Source: Candidatus Bathyarchaeota archaeon (GTDB taxonomy: Archaea > Thermoproteota > Bathyarchaeia > Bathyarchaeales > DTEX01). Taken from it: a stretch of 51,483 bases of DNA. Where the stretch lies: NCBI GenBank assembly GCA_003661975.1, contig QMXE01000002.1:1-51483 (forward strand), written 5' to 3'. The translations under genes and the position numbers were made by a program. The stretch's first letter is position 1. The number at the start of each line of letters is the position of its first letter. The notes below the pieces were generated by a model, which did not search any database, was not told the DNA's origin, and saw only the letters and a program-made list of their open reading frames with translations. This document shows, in pieces, positions 27,972 through 37,542 of this stretch.

Positions 27972-28547
27972 TTACCATTCAATCTTAAATGTGCAGGTTT
28001 TGGCTCCCATCCCTATGCATTCCGTCTCTTCACCTTTAACCTTTCTATTCAGTAGTCCCTCAAAGAACCCTATTATGTAGCCTAGGGCTATCCAGCATCT
28101 TGGAGTCGTGGCAGGTCCCTTTCCGAGTTTTAGATATCCCTCTCCCTCGTAGGAGGTTGATCTTGAGATCTCCGCGCAATTCTCCTTTACTTCGAACTTC
28201 ACAAGTTTACCCCAGCCTATTTGACACCAAGATTTGAACATACTCCTCGATGCTTCTCTTACAGCCCTGATCGTAGGCTCCTTCCCCTCTAGCATTCTCT
28301 CCCTGATCTCCCTTCCATCCTTAACTCCGATCTCCCTCGCATACCCTATTATTAGGCTTCTTGCGACTGGCCCTATCTGTCCTTCTAGTGCCGCGAAGAC
28401 CGCTGGGAGGAAATAGTCATGTATTGGGACGACAGTTATGCCCGCAAGCGTCATCTTTGAAGTTTCAGCGTCGTATTTTAGGAGCCCTTGGGGAGAATCA
28501 TTCTTTTCGAGGGCTTCAATGAGCCCTTTAAACTCGTCTACCTTCAA
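27972..28547 (-). CDS. V4R (4-vinyl reductase-like) domain protein
   Basis: The C-terminal pattern CWIALGYIIGFFEGL...ETECIGMGAKTCTFKI is typical of V4R small-molecule-binding domains. Confidence 0.55.
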   Translation of the reverse strand: MKVDEFKGLIEALEKNDSPQGLLKYDAETSKMTLAGITVVPIHDYFLPAVFAALEGQIGPVARSLIIGYAREIGVKDGREIRERMLEGKEPTIRAVREASRSMFKSWCQIGWGKLVKFEVKENCAEISRSTSYEGEGYLKLGKGPATTPRCWIALGYIIGFFEGLLNRKVKGEETECIGMGAKTCTFKIEW

Positions 28548-28682
28548 ATCTTTTCACTTTTCTGGATATTTTAGTTTCAGCCTAATAATGATTTCTGCTT
28601 TTTATATCTTTTTTGTGATCGATGTTTTGCATGTGTGGAAAACTGCACAAAGAGAGATGTCAATTTCTACTCGCTAATGTGC

Positions 28683-28706
28683 AAAATGCTCATTGATGAG
28701 CATTTT
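28683..28706 (-). terminator. Perfect hairpin AAAATGCTCA-TTGA-TGAGCATTTT downstream of rpl18 (terminator-like, bidirectional A/T flanks)
   Basis: 10-bp perfect stem with a 4-nt loop and a T-run on either strand, read directly. It lies about 55 nt after the rpl18 stop. Confidence 0.35.
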
Positions 28707-28759
28707 CTGTCGTGAATGCGTATGTTTCGGCGTTTTAAGTTTGCGGGTTTCCATCCCGT

Positions 28760-29365
28760 CTATTTTGTTTCTTTGCCTTCGAATTCCGCTATTATCCTCT
28801 CTTTTACAGCTGAGAAGTGTTCTGTTATGTCTTCTGGCCTCAGTCCACGCGATAGATACTCTGAGAATCTTTTGGCGTATAATTCTTGGTTTGATGATAG
28901 CATATTTGCGTATTCGCTTATGTGCTGCCCCTTTACCCTATTCTCGTCGGGCAGGATCTCTTCTCCATGTGGAATCTCGACTCCGGCGTCTAGGCATCCC
29001 TTCATTACCGCGAATACCCTCGCGCCCTTCGTTGGACTGTGCAATCCAATATCCAAAATTGCCTTCTTAACGTTCTTCTTTAATGCTCTATATCCGCAGA
29101 TTAGACCTGTCAGATAGGCCGCTGGGAGATTCTTTAGGCTTCCAAGCCAGCCATACTTCTTTCTTAGTTCGCTTGAATGCGCTGAGGCTACGACCTTGTC
29201 GCCCTCAATAGAGGCCGTGATCATCTGTGCGATTATATGCTTATTCGTCTTCCTCGCGACGAGCCTTGGGAGACCTGAGAGCAGAAGTCTCTTTCTCCTG
29301 TGATAGTTCGTCTTGCCCTCCCTTCTCCTGCGGTAGGGTACATTGTAGGATGGGCCTCTCGCCAC
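28760..29365 (-). CDS. rpl18: 50S ribosomal protein L18 (uL18)
   Basis: [25 protein letters not shown]-terminus. It follows L19e as in the archaeal spc-like operon. Confidence 0.95.
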   Translation of the reverse strand: MARGPSYNVPYRRRREGKTNYHRRKRLLLSGLPRLVARKTNKHIIAQMITASIEGDKVVASAHSSELRKKYGWLGSLKNLPAAYLTGLICGYRALKKNVKKAILDIGLHSPTKGARVFAVMKGCLDAGVEIPHGEEILPDENRVKGQHISEYANMLSSNQELYAKRFSEYLSRGLRPEDITEHFSAVKERIIAEFEGKETK

Positions 29366-29818
29366 TTACCTTCTCCTCCTAAGGTTATGTGCACTTATGT
29401 ATCTCTCCATCGCCGCGACTGATCTGAAGGCTCCACTTCCGGCCATGATATAGAGCCTCCGATAGACGCTTCTGGTTATTATCCGCTTGTCCCTTAATTC
29501 GCGTAGTCTCCTCCTCTGAGCCCTTATGCGGATCATCCATGCCTTCTTCCTTGGAAGCCGTGCTCCCTTCGCTCCCTGTCGGCTTCCAGGCCCCCTCCTC
29601 CTGCCCTTCTTCCTTTTCTCGTGTAGTATGCGGGCTCTAGCTCGGCTTACACCCTTCTTCTGGAGCTTCCTGATGGCCCCCTCATGGATGAGCCTCCTTA
29701 TCTCCTCCCTTGAAATCGCTAATTCGACATCCTCAATTCTTTCCGGATCGATCCATATTCTGCCCTCTCCCGCCTTCAATATCTCAGCCGCCATTCTACG
29801 TTGACTTCTCAGGCTCAT
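29366..29818 (-). CDS. rpl19e: 50S ribosomal protein L19e (eL19)
   Basis: LRSQRRMAAEILKAGEGRIWIDP N-terminus, highly basic, correct operon position. Confidence 0.95.
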   Translation of the reverse strand: MSLRSQRRMAAEILKAGEGRIWIDPERIEDVELAISREEIRRLIHEGAIRKLQKKGVSRARARILHEKRKKGRRRGPGSRQGAKGARLPRKKAWMIRIRAQRRRLRELRDKRIITRSVYRRLYIMAGSGAFRSVAAMERYISAHNLRRRR

Positions 29819-29829
29819 ATCTTAACCTC

Positions 29830-30258
29830 CTATGTGCTCTTCGCTGTTGCCTCCTCAGGCTCCTTAAACTCTCCAACATTCAATATATGTATTCCCCTTT
29901 CCCTTGCCTCCCTTATGATCTCCGCCTTCTTCTTGCTTCCTACGCAGGAGGCTATTCTTATGGCCTCTAGCTCTGGATCGACTCCGCTTAAGTCATCAAC
30001 GTTGAAGACCATTACTTCCCTGTATGCTGATGGATGGAGGCCTCTGGTCTCCTTTGGTCCTCTATATCCAACATTTGGGCTTGCAGGCCAGCCCTTAACC
30101 TTAAGGCGCATCTTGCTGTCTATTCCACGCGGTCTCCTCCAGTTCTCCTTTATCCTCTTATATCTCCAGCTCTCCTGCCTAACAAACTTGGGTTTCTTCT
30201 TCTTTTCCTTCTCCCTTTTGGCGATAAGCCTCTTTCTTTCCTCTATATCCACACTCAT
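29830..30258 (-). CDS. rpl32e: 50S ribosomal protein L32e (eL32)
   Basis: KPKFVRQESWRYKRIKENWRRPRGIDSKMR block, correct operon position. Confidence 0.95.
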   Translation of the reverse strand: MSVDIEERKRLIAKREKEKKKKPKFVRQESWRYKRIKENWRRPRGIDSKMRLKVKGWPASPNVGYRGPKETRGLHPSAYREVMVFNVDDLSGVDPELEAIRIASCVGSKKKAEIIREARERGIHILNVGEFKEPEEATAKST

Positions 30259-30806
30259 TCCTCAAGTCCCTCATGCTTCTCATAGACATATATGCCGTCA
30301 AGAAACTTCCGTGGATCCTTATTCTTTATCCTCGTCGCCTGCTCTATATTAGCCGCTGTCTGCCCAACCTCCTCTATGTTTATGCCCTGAACTATGACAT
30401 CATCTCCCTTCACGAATACCTTTGTATCCCCGACTATCTTCGCTACCCTTGGGGCTCTCTCGCCGAGAAAGTTCTCGATGAGAACCTTGTCTCCATCAAC
30501 CTTCACGGATATTGGGAAGTGAGCATAAACTATTTTGAGCTTATATGTGAAGCCCCTACTTACGCCCTTCATCATATTATTTATGTGAGCGCATATCGTC
30601 CCTACCATCGCGACTGATCTACGTCGAGTGTCATAAGTTGAGACTACAATCCTATTATCTTCTTTCTTTATCTCTACTGGAAATGGGGATCCCGAGAAGT
30701 CCCTTACCAAGCGTCCCTTCTCCCCAGTAACCTCAACCCTTAATCCATCAACATTCACGGTTATGCCATCTGGAATCTCAACGCTTCTAGCTACAACCTG
30801 AAGCAT
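30255..30806 (-). CDS. rpl6: 50S ribosomal protein L6 (uL6)
   Basis: 183 aa with two repeated L6 half-domains (VEIPDGITV..., YAHFPI), correct operon position. Confidence 0.93.
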   Translation of the reverse strand: MLQVVARSVEIPDGITVNVDGLRVEVTGEKGRLVRDFSGSPFPVEIKKEDNRIVVSTYDTRRRSVAMVGTICAHINNMMKGVSRGFTYKLKIVYAHFPISVKVDGDKVLIENFLGERAPRVAKIVGDTKVFVKGDDVIVQGINIEEVGQTAANIEQATRIKNKDPRKFLDGIYVYEKHEGLEE

Positions 30807-30821
30807 TCATGAACCCTCTCA

Positions 30822-31205
30822 TCAGTAAACGTATGCTAGGAGGCTTCCTCCAATACCCCTCTTCTTCGCCTCTCTATGTGACATTACGCCCTCCGAAGTT
30901 GAGATTACAAGCACACCCATATCTCGGGATGGAAGATAAATCTTCTCCCACATCTCAATATCCTTTGCCTTAACGTAGTATCTGGGCCTTATAGCCCCGC
31001 ACTTATTTATTCTTCCGAGGAGCTGAACCCTGATCTTCCCGTTCCTTCCATCATCTATGAACTCGAACTCTCCGATATACCCATTCATCTGGAAGACTCT
31101 CAGAACGTTCCCGAGGAGCTTAGAGGCCGGCATGATTAGGCATTCCTTCTTTCTCCTAACCTCATTGTTCATTATAGTAGTCAATCCATTGGCGATGGTA
31201 TCCAC
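30822..31205 (-). CDS. rps8: 30S ribosomal protein S8 (uS8)
   Basis: [14 protein letters not shown] start and C-terminal [11 protein letters not shown], correct operon position. Confidence 0.95.
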   Translation of the reverse strand: MDTIANGLTTIMNNEVRRKKECLIMPASKLLGNVLRVFQMNGYIGEFEFIDDGRNGKIRVQLLGRINKCGAIRPRYYVKAKDIEMWEKIYLPSRDMGVLVISTSEGVMSHREAKKRGIGGSLLAYVY

Positions 31206-31220
31206 TGCTGCTGGTCACCC

Positions 31221-31385
31221 CTACTGATACTTCTTGAAGCCTAGGCTTTCAGCGACTTCCCTGAAGCATTGTCTGCACAGGTAGAGCCCATATCTCCGTA
31301 TTACCGCGCCGTAGGAGCCGCATCTTCTACAGGGTCTGCTACCCTTACCGAACTTCCTCTCCTTCTTCACGTTCTTCTTCGCCAT
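31221..31385 (-). CDS. rps14: 30S ribosomal protein S14 type Z (uS14)
   Basis: Absent from the ORF track (54 aa). My translation of the minus strand gives [54 protein letters not shown] with a CxxC...CxxC zinc knuckle. It lies exactly between L5 and S8. Confidence 0.92.
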   Translation of the reverse strand: MAKKNVKKERKFGKGSRPCRRCGSYGAVIRRYGLYLCRQCFREVAESLGFKKYQ

Positions 31386-31397
31386 TAAGCCGGCCTC

Positions 31398-31946
31398 CTA
31401 CACTATTTCAACATTAAATTCTTCCCTTATGAATGATATGGCTTCATCGGGGGATAATAAATGTTCCGTTCCAACCTTTGATCTCGCCCTTCTCCTTCTC
31501 TTAACCCTGAATCCCGGACGTTCCAGAACTACTGATACATCCATACCTATTATTCCGAGCTCTGGATCATACTTCACGCCCGGAATATCTATGTGCTCCT
31601 TTATTCCAAAAGAGAAGTTTCCCATCCCATCGAATGACGACTTTGATATCCTATTATCGACTGCCTGAAAAGCTCGGCTTAAAAACTCCCTTGCCCGCTC
31701 TCCCCTCAAAGTAACCACGCATGCGATCGGCTCCTTCCTCCTTATCCCAAAATCCTTTATAGTCTTCTTCGCCCTTCGAATACTCGGCTTCTGCCCCGTC
31801 AATTCCTGAAGGATCTTCATTGCCTTCTCTAGGGGCTCACCTGATTTCCCAACGCAACAGTTAATTACCACCTTCTCTATCCTAGGCTTTAACATCGGAT
31901 TCTCATATGATCTTTCAGCCCTATGCTCGGATCTCTCCGTGGACAT
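31398..31946 (-). CDS. rpl5: 50S ribosomal protein L5 (uL5)
   Basis: NPMLKPRIEKVVINCCVG and FGIKEHIDIPGVKYDP blocks, correct operon position. Confidence 0.95.
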   Translation of the reverse strand: MSTERSEHRAERSYENPMLKPRIEKVVINCCVGKSGEPLEKAMKILQELTGQKPSIRRAKKTIKDFGIRRKEPIACVVTLRGERAREFLSRAFQAVDNRISKSSFDGMGNFSFGIKEHIDIPGVKYDPELGIIGMDVSVVLERPGFRVKRRRRARSKVGTEHLLSPDEAISFIREEFNVEIV

Positions 31947-31950
31947 TCCT

Positions 31951-32709
31951 TTATGCCTCCGACTCTAATGATATTCTAGGCTCCTCGTCTCCTATCACGA
32001 AGATATAATCCAATATTGACTGATATATGCTTCCAGCCTCATCCTTTATGCTCACGAGGAATCTCCTTCGCTTCTGACCGGGCCTTTCATCAATTGACGA
32101 GATCAATCCATGCTTCCCAATGTTCTTGCCATCCGTTATTATGGCTGACATCCCCTCCTTCAATGGGAGATGCTCGATTATCTCCTGATCCGGAATGCTT
32201 ATCATAAGCGTATCCAGAGTTTGATATTCATCCTCCACTGGATTCTCCGGGTCCTCAACTCTAATCAGAATGTTCCTTCCATCATGTAGATTAAGCTGGA
32301 TATGGCCGCCCTTGACGGTAGTCTTATTCTCTATTCTGCAGAGCTTGAAGCTCGCCTCCTTCTCATCTATTGGATGCAGAGTTAAGCCCTTCTTGAACGG
32401 CAGAACCCGATAGTTCATCTTTAGTTCAGGAATCGAGACTACATCCATAAGGCCTACGGGATAGCGGTCATCCCTCCTAACCCTACCATCAACCAAGATC
32501 TTACCCTGCGAGATTATCTTTTTGGCTTCCTTCCTTGTCTCAGCGAATCCCAGCATATCCCGAATTATGAGTAGCAACGGTATGCATCGGCTTATTGGAT
32601 GTGGACCTGGCCTAGGCTTAACGGTCCACACGAACTTCTTCCTGTATATGGGCCAGAATGAAGGTGATGCTTCACGCTTCAGATGTAGACTGCCACCCTT
32701 CTTTCCCAT
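31951..32709 (-). CDS. rps4e: 30S ribosomal protein S4e (eS4)
   Basis: MGKKGGSLHLKREASPSFWPI N-terminus, 252 aa, correct operon position. Confidence 0.95.
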   Translation of the reverse strand: MGKKGGSLHLKREASPSFWPIYRKKFVWTVKPRPGPHPISRCIPLLLIIRDMLGFAETRKEAKKIISQGKILVDGRVRRDDRYPVGLMDVVSIPELKMNYRVLPFKKGLTLHPIDEKEASFKLCRIENKTTVKGGHIQLNLHDGRNILIRVEDPENPVEDEYQTLDTLMISIPDQEIIEHLPLKEGMSAIITDGKNIGKHGLISSIDERPGQKRRRFLVSIKDEAGSIYQSILDYIFVIGDEEPRISLESEA

Positions 32710-32715
32710 CCTCTA

Positions 32716-33123
32716 CTAACCTCCACTACTCTCCTCAACTTTTGCGGATGCCTCCTTAACTGAGGATCTCCTCTCAAGGATCCTCCTTCTCCATTCATCA
32801 TCCAAGTTGAGCTTAATTATCTCAACGTTCGAGTAATGTATCGGAACGGAGATCGTAGTCCCATCAGCCTTCTCCCGCGTTACGCCGTCAACGTATATCC
32901 TATACTTCTTCCTATCCACCCTCGTCACTCTGCCTTCGTAATCCTTAAAGTCTCCTCTCATGATCCTAACGGTGTCACCAGTTCTGATCGGTATGCTTCT
33001 GATGCCATATGATTCTCTAAGCTCCTTAGATAGATGAGCAGACATTATCTTCGCTCTGAGATGATATGGGGCATTATAGAGCAGTTTTCTCTGCTTGCTC
33101 GGATCCTTCGTCTTTATTCTCAA
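32716..33123 (-). CDS. rpl24: 50S ribosomal protein L24 (uL24)
   Basis: KOW motif region [21 protein letters not shown], correct operon position. Confidence 0.93.
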   Translation of the reverse strand: MRIKTKDPSKQRKLLYNAPYHLRAKIMSAHLSKELRESYGIRSIPIRTGDTVRIMRGDFKDYEGRVTRVDRKKYRIYVDGVTREKADGTTISVPIHYSNVEIIKLNLDDEWRRRILERRSSVKEASAKVEESSGG

Positions 33124-33137
33124 GTCCCACCACCCGA

Positions 33138-33572
33138 TTAGATGATTATGCTTGATGCGCTTGCTATTCTAGGCCATCTCTCAGCCGCTTCCCTAGCCAC
33201 AACCCCACGTATCTCGGAGCCTCTGAGATCCCCATCTGGAGTTATTATCACCGCCGCGTTATCTTCGAATTGAATCCAGACTCCCTCAGGCCTTCTGAAG
33301 GGTTTCCTCTGCCTTATTATCACAGCCTGGAATAGCTTCTTCCTCATGTCTGGACTGCCCTTCCTCACTGAGACCACAACTCTATCCCCGACTGAGGCTG
33401 ATGGCACACGCCTAAGCCTACCCTTATATCCTATGACCTGTATTATCTTCAGAACCTTCGCCCCGGAGTTATCCGCGCATTTTATCAGGGAGCCTACTGG
33501 AAGACCCCTTGAGATCCTTATTCTATGAGCCGAGACTCCTCTTGAGGCAAGAGCTCTTGCTCTCGAAGACAT
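33138..33572 (-). CDS. rpl14: 50S ribosomal protein L14 (uL14)
   Basis: [15 protein letters not shown] and FEDNAAVII blocks, correct operon position. Confidence 0.95.
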   Translation of the reverse strand: MSSRARALASRGVSAHRIRISRGLPVGSLIKCADNSGAKVLKIIQVIGYKGRLRRVPSASVGDRVVVSVRKGSPDMRKKLFQAVIIRQRKPFRRPEGVWIQFEDNAAVIITPDGDLRGSEIRGVVAREAAERWPRIASASSIII

Positions 33573-33573
33573 T

Positions 33574-33891
33574 CTACTTCGCCTCCATCTTCTGTATTAC
33601 TACGAATGAGACGGTCTTGCTTATCGGCCTGCACTCGGCGATCTTAACCCTATCATCTACATGGGCATTTATGCATGGCGGGTTGTGAGCTGGTATGTGA
33701 CTATGCCTCCTCTCATATCTTTTATACTTCGGTATATACTTCAGATAGTCCCTCCTAACAATCACGGTCTTATCCATCTTATCGCTTATGACTATGCCCT
33801 CTAGGATCCTGCCCCTAACCTTTAGGGTTCCATGGAATGGGCAGTTTCTATCATTACATTTCACCTTAGGTTTTGGGATTCCCTCAAGCAT
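33574..33891 (-). CDS. rps17: 30S ribosomal protein S17 (uS17)
   Basis: [34 protein letters not shown] typical archaeal S17 N-terminus. Confidence 0.93.
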   Translation of the reverse strand: MLEGIPKPKVKCNDRNCPFHGTLKVRGRILEGIVISDKMDKTVIVRRDYLKYIPKYKRYERRHSHIPAHNPPCINAHVDDRVKIAECRPISKTVSFVVIQKMEAK

Positions 33892-34173
33892 TCACCAGAG
33901 CCTCCTAATCGGCTTTTTAATCCTATCCTCCGGCCTGCCGACAAGAAGTTTACCGTCTATCTCCACAACGGTTCCATCCGGATATGTGAAATGAAAGACT
34001 GAAGTCTCCTTTATTATCCTTTTCTCTACTCCATCATGGAGTAACACAAACGTGTTTCTTGTCTCATCGATAATTCTACCTTTAATTCCAACGTTGCAGG
34101 GATTCGTGCTCTTTACGACCTTAGCCATCAAACCTATGAATTCATGCTGAACTATCTCAGGCGTAACCTTCAT
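33892..34173 (-). CDS. rnp1: RNase P protein component 1 (Rpp29/Pop4)
   Basis: 93-aa ORF between L29 and S17, the conserved archaeal position. FIGLMAKVVKSTNPCNVGIKGRIIDETRNTFVL is an Rpp29 Sm-like barrel pattern. Confidence 0.85.
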   Translation of the reverse strand: MKVTPEIVQHEFIGLMAKVVKSTNPCNVGIKGRIIDETRNTFVLLHDGVEKRIIKETSVFHFTYPDGTVVEIDGKLLVGRPEDRIKKPIRRLW

Positions 34174-34382
34174 CTCCCACTCTTCCTCCTCTCCTCATTC
34201 ATTACTGTTAAGATGCGGGCTATCGCCCTTCTGAGCTCCCTAATCCTCGAGGGATTTTCTAGGGATCCACCGGCCTTCACCATAGTCTTAGCCCTCATGA
34301 GCTCCGCTCTGAGCTCGCTTAATCTCCTTCTCCTCTCCTCATCTGACATCTTCCTGATCTCGCTTACCCTAAGTATCGGCAT
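34170..34382 (-). CDS. rpl29: 50S ribosomal protein L29 (uL29)
   Basis: 70-aa helical ORF with LSELRAELMRAK, correct operon position. Confidence 0.9.
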   Translation of the reverse strand: MPILRVSEIRKMSDEERRRRLSELRAELMRAKTMVKAGGSLENPSRIRELRRAIARILTVMNEERRKSGR

Positions 34383-35075
34383 TTATTCCTCACCCTCTTC
34401 TTTAGGCTTCTCAGCGGATTCAGGAGTTGATGATTCTGAAGCTGCCTCCACAGTCTCCTCAGATTCCTCTTTAGCGGCCTCCTCCTCAAGGAACTCTATT
34501 TGATCTGGGAGCTTAACGTTCGGAGGCATTATTGAGACTTTGATGCCAAATACTCCGGGCTTCAACTGGACATGAGTGACGGCGGTCTTCACATACTTCA
34601 TCGCTGGATCACCGCTCTTCGGAAGGTATCCAGCCCTGAACTTCTCGCTTCTGGCCCGTTCAGTCCTCAGCTTACCGCTAATGATTATCTCGGCTCCCAT
34701 AGCCCCGGCCTCCATTATCCTGCTAAGAGCCCAAAATCCAGCCCTTCGGAAGTGAACATTTCTCCTGAGGGCCGAGGCTATTCGGGACGCCATTACCCGC
34801 GGATTTAATTCCGGAACCTCAATCTCTGCAACTGAGATCTGCGGGTTTGGAAGGCCGAACTTCTCCTCCAATATACGCGCGAGATTCTTTATCGTTGCGC
34901 CTCCACGGCCTATAATTATGCCTGGACGCATGGCATATATGACTATGTTCGTTCCGAGAGGGGTTCTTACGATATCTACTCCCCCATAACCTGCCCTCTC
35001 AAACTCCTTCCATAAGAACTCATCGATTCCAGCCTTCTTTATTGAGTCCTCTATGAAATGCTTTGTGACTGACAA
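34383..35075 (-). CDS. rps3: 30S ribosomal protein S3 (uS3)
   Basis: KH-domain region IIIGRGGATIKNL with an acidic C-terminal tail, correct operon position. Confidence 0.95.
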   Translation of the reverse strand: MSVTKHFIEDSIKKAGIDEFLWKEFERAGYGGVDIVRTPLGTNIVIYAMRPGIIIGRGGATIKNLARILEEKFGLPNPQISVAEIEVPELNPRVMASRIASALRRNVHFRRAGFWALSRIMEAGAMGAEIIISGKLRTERARSEKFRAGYLPKSGDPAMKYVKTAVTHVQLKPGVFGIKVSIMPPNVKLPDQIEFLEEEAAKEESEETVEAASESSTPESAEKPKEEGEE

Positions 35076-35076
35076 T

Positions 35077-35547
35077 TCAGCTCTTACCCTCCAGTCCGAG
35101 AACTATCTCAACGTGACATAGAGTTTCAAAGCGGGGAGTGGATCTCCCAAACGCCCTGGGAATATACCTCTTAAGCTTTGTTCCGGGATATGCGGATGCA
35201 TGGATGACCCTCAAGTTTTCAGTGTCAAGACCCTTAAAGTTGGCATTCGCCTCTGCGCTCTCCAATATTGCTAGTATCTTCTTCGCAGCCTTAACTGGGT
35301 ATCCCCCCGCAGCGGCCTTCTGTAATCCCCTTCTATGAGGAGTCTTCTTCTTGAATCTAGTGAATGGGACGGCTCTCTTCATCTTTATTACCTGCTCAAG
35401 AAACTCCTTTGCCTCGTCGAGCTTCATCCCTTTTATGGCGGCACATACCTCCCTAGCCTTTTTATGGGATATCCTAAGCTCCCTACCACTCGCCTTTACG
35501 GTCGTATCGGGGTCTAGGCCGACCACGGAGTATCCCCATTTAGGCAA
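35077..35547 (-). CDS. rpl22: 50S ribosomal protein L22 (uL22)
   Basis: VKASGRELRISHKKAREVCAAIKGMKLDEA block. TTG start with GGTGA about 8 nt upstream. First gene of the cluster in this window. Confidence 0.93.
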   Translation of the reverse strand: MPKWGYSVVGLDPDTTVKASGRELRISHKKAREVCAAIKGMKLDEAKEFLEQVIKMKRAVPFTRFKKKTPHRRGLQKAAAGGYPVKAAKKILAILESAEANANFKGLDTENLRVIHASAYPGTKLKRYIPRAFGRSTPRFETLCHVEIVLGLEGKS

Positions 35548-35587
35548 TGAAAGTCACCTTTAACTTCCATTCATCAGATGCATGGTC

Positions 35588-35595
35588 ATTTATAA
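35588..35595 (-). promoter_or_regulatory. TATA-box-like element (TTATAAAT on the minus strand) upstream of rpl22
   Basis: Read directly, 41-48 nt upstream of the rpl22 start in a 90-nt intergenic gap. No experimental support. Confidence 0.3.
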
Positions 35596-35637
35596 GGATT
35601 TATCCTCATTCAAAAATTTTATCTTTACTCCGCTTGG

Positions 35638-36363
35638 CTAGCTGAGTGGATACCTAATCCCAGGAATCCTTCTTAGAGCAAGTAATATTGAGGATCCAGC
35701 TGTAAATGCAAATACAACCGTCAGTATGTCCTCTATGTATGAGTCAGATGCCTCTGCGAGGAAAGCCATGTAAACAGCGCTTTTCGGCAAGCCTAAGATG
35801 ATGTAGAGCCCGGCTGGGATAAGTAGGAATATCCTAGCAAGGGAATCAGTTACACAACCAATAAACGCTATTAATGACGTTGCGAATGAGATTTGACATG
35901 CATCCGCCTCGGGCAGCCTCCTAGAAAATCTAGCAGCAGGGTATATCAGGACTGGTGCTGCGAGAACGTCGAGGATCGTCCATAGAGGGATCTCTCTGCC
36001 GAGTGGATGTATAAAGTAGGCTCCAAGCATAACCGCATATATTAGGAGCAGAGTCTTCCATCTTCCCTTTACGATCAAGCCGCATGCGAGTGCTCCGATC
36101 GGCTCAGCGAATACCCCGAACATCCATAGGCCCGTCGGCTTAATCAATCTGGCGATTATGCTCCCTATGAGCACAGCTAGAAAGCCTGCGTATGGCCCTA
36201 AAATTATTCCCTCCAGAGGCTCCAAGTATATGCTTAGGCTTCTCCAAAGCCCAATTGGGATCAAATATAATATGGAGTGTAGAGCCGCGAACATCCCTAT
36301 CAGAGACGTCATTAATGATGACCTTCTCAATCCATCCAGCCCGCCGAAATATTTGATGCCCAA
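35638..36363 (-). CDS. Polytopic membrane protein (ECF S-component-like topology, family uncertain)
   Basis: 241 aa with about 6 hydrophobic helices. LEPLEGIILGPYAGFLAVLIGS resembles substrate-capture (S) components. Weak call. Confidence 0.35.
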   Translation of the reverse strand: MGIKYFGGLDGLRRSSLMTSLIGMFAALHSILYLIPIGLWRSLSIYLEPLEGIILGPYAGFLAVLIGSIIARLIKPTGLWMFGVFAEPIGALACGLIVKGRWKTLLLIYAVMLGAYFIHPLGREIPLWTILDVLAAPVLIYPAARFSRRLPEADACQISFATSLIAFIGCVTDSLARIFLLIPAGLYIILGLPKSAVYMAFLAEASDSYIEDILTVVFAFTAGSSILLALRRIPGIRYPLS

Positions 36364-36453
36364 CGCCTAATAAGAATTTAAGCGAACAGGCATCCTTAAA
36401 TCGCGAAAAGGTAAGATCTAATCTGAACTGAAGATCAACTTGGGGGAGTCGAT

Positions 36454-37542
36454 TTGAAGTTTTCTGAGTTTGCTGATCTGCCAGTAATAGACGCTCATGC
36501 ACACTTCGGCGAATTCGGAACTTGGAGGCCGAGATTAACCGCTGAAAACCTGCGATCACAGGGCGAATTTATGTTGAGTGTCATGAAGAATGGGAGGTTA
36601 AGCGGGATCAACGTTACTGGCAGGGAAGCTGGATTATATCTTAAGGCCAGATACCCAAGCATGTTCTATGCAGGCGGGTATGTTCCATGGTCTGGGGAGA
36701 CAGAATTGCTGAGGGTTAAGGACTGGAACGAGTACATCAGCAGACTGATCGAGATAGGATTCGATGGGATCGGTGAGATGGGAAATAAGCCGGTCTTGAG
36801 AAGCAAACATAAGCCTCTTGACGGAGACTATTATAGGGGATTCTGGGAGGCTTGCGAGTCTCTCGGAGTTCCAATTCTCTGCCACGTTGCCGATCCAGAG
36901 GAGTTCTGGGATGAGAAATCAGCTCCTGAATGGGCTAAGAGCAGGGGATGGGTATACTACTTGGATGATTATCCAACGAAGGAGGAGCTCTATGCGGAGA
37001 TGGAGAATGTTCTGGATGCGCATCCAAACCTGAAAGTGACGCTGTGCCACTTCTATTTTATATCAGCTGATCTTGAAAGGGCTGAGGAGTTCATGAACAG
37101 ATATGATAATGTAAGTTTGGATTTGACTTTGGGGATTGAACTCATGTATAATATCTCTCGGAGAAGAGATGACTGGAGGGATTTCTTCATAAAGTTTCAG
37201 GACAGAATAATCTTCGGAACTGATATTGCAACGTGGCAGACGCTACAGCAGGCTCTAGATAGGATATGGCTCATAAGGAACTTCCTCGAGTCAGATGAGG
37301 AATTCTACACTCCTGAAACGGCCGATATGCTCCTGACAAGATATGAGGAGCCATTCGTGGGCTTAAAGCTTCCAGAGGGGGCTTTGAGGAGGATTTACTG
37401 CGAAAACTTCAAGAGGCTCTGGGGAGACAGGCCTAGACCATTGAATCTCGAGATGATAATTGATTATCTTAAGGAGAAGGGAGAGAAGGAACTTTTATTG
37501 GCCATAAGATCCGTCGTGGAGGAAAATCAGCCGGACTGTTAG
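36454..37542 (+). CDS. Amidohydrolase-superfamily TIM-barrel metal-dependent hydrolase
   Basis: VIDAHAHFG metal-binding start, then ILCHVADP, LCHFYF and FGTDI blocks. TTG start. Confidence 0.6.
   Translation: MKFSEFADLPVIDAHAHFGEFGTWRPRLTAENLRSQGEFMLSVMKNGRLSGINVTGREAGLYLKARYPSMFYAGGYVPWSGETELLRVKDWNEYISRLIEIGFDGIGEMGNKPVLRSKHKPLDGDYYRGFWEACESLGVPILCHVADPEEFWDEKSAPEWAKSRGWVYYLDDYPTKEELYAEMENVLDAHPNLKVTLCHFYFISADLERAEEFMNRYDNVSLDLTLGIELMYNISRRRDDWRDFFIKFQDRIIFGTDIATWQTLQQALDRIWLIRNFLESDEEFYTPETADMLLTRYEEPFVGLKLPEGALRRIYCENFKRLWGDRPRPLNLEMIIDYLKEKGEKELLLAIRSVVEENQPDC

Noticed and set aside
28693-30352. Plus-strand ORFs 28693-29070, 28716-29117, 29526-29804, 29710-29970, 29801-30352 and similar antisense ORFs through the ribosomal operon
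   Set aside because: These are shadow frames opposite unambiguous ribosomal protein genes, with Ser/Leu/Pro-rich, low-complexity translations.
36140-36559. 139-aa minus-strand ORF spanning the 35638-36363 gene start and the intergenic region
   Set aside because: It overlaps both the membrane protein gene, in another frame, and the start of the plus-strand amidohydrolase gene. The translation has no recognisable features.
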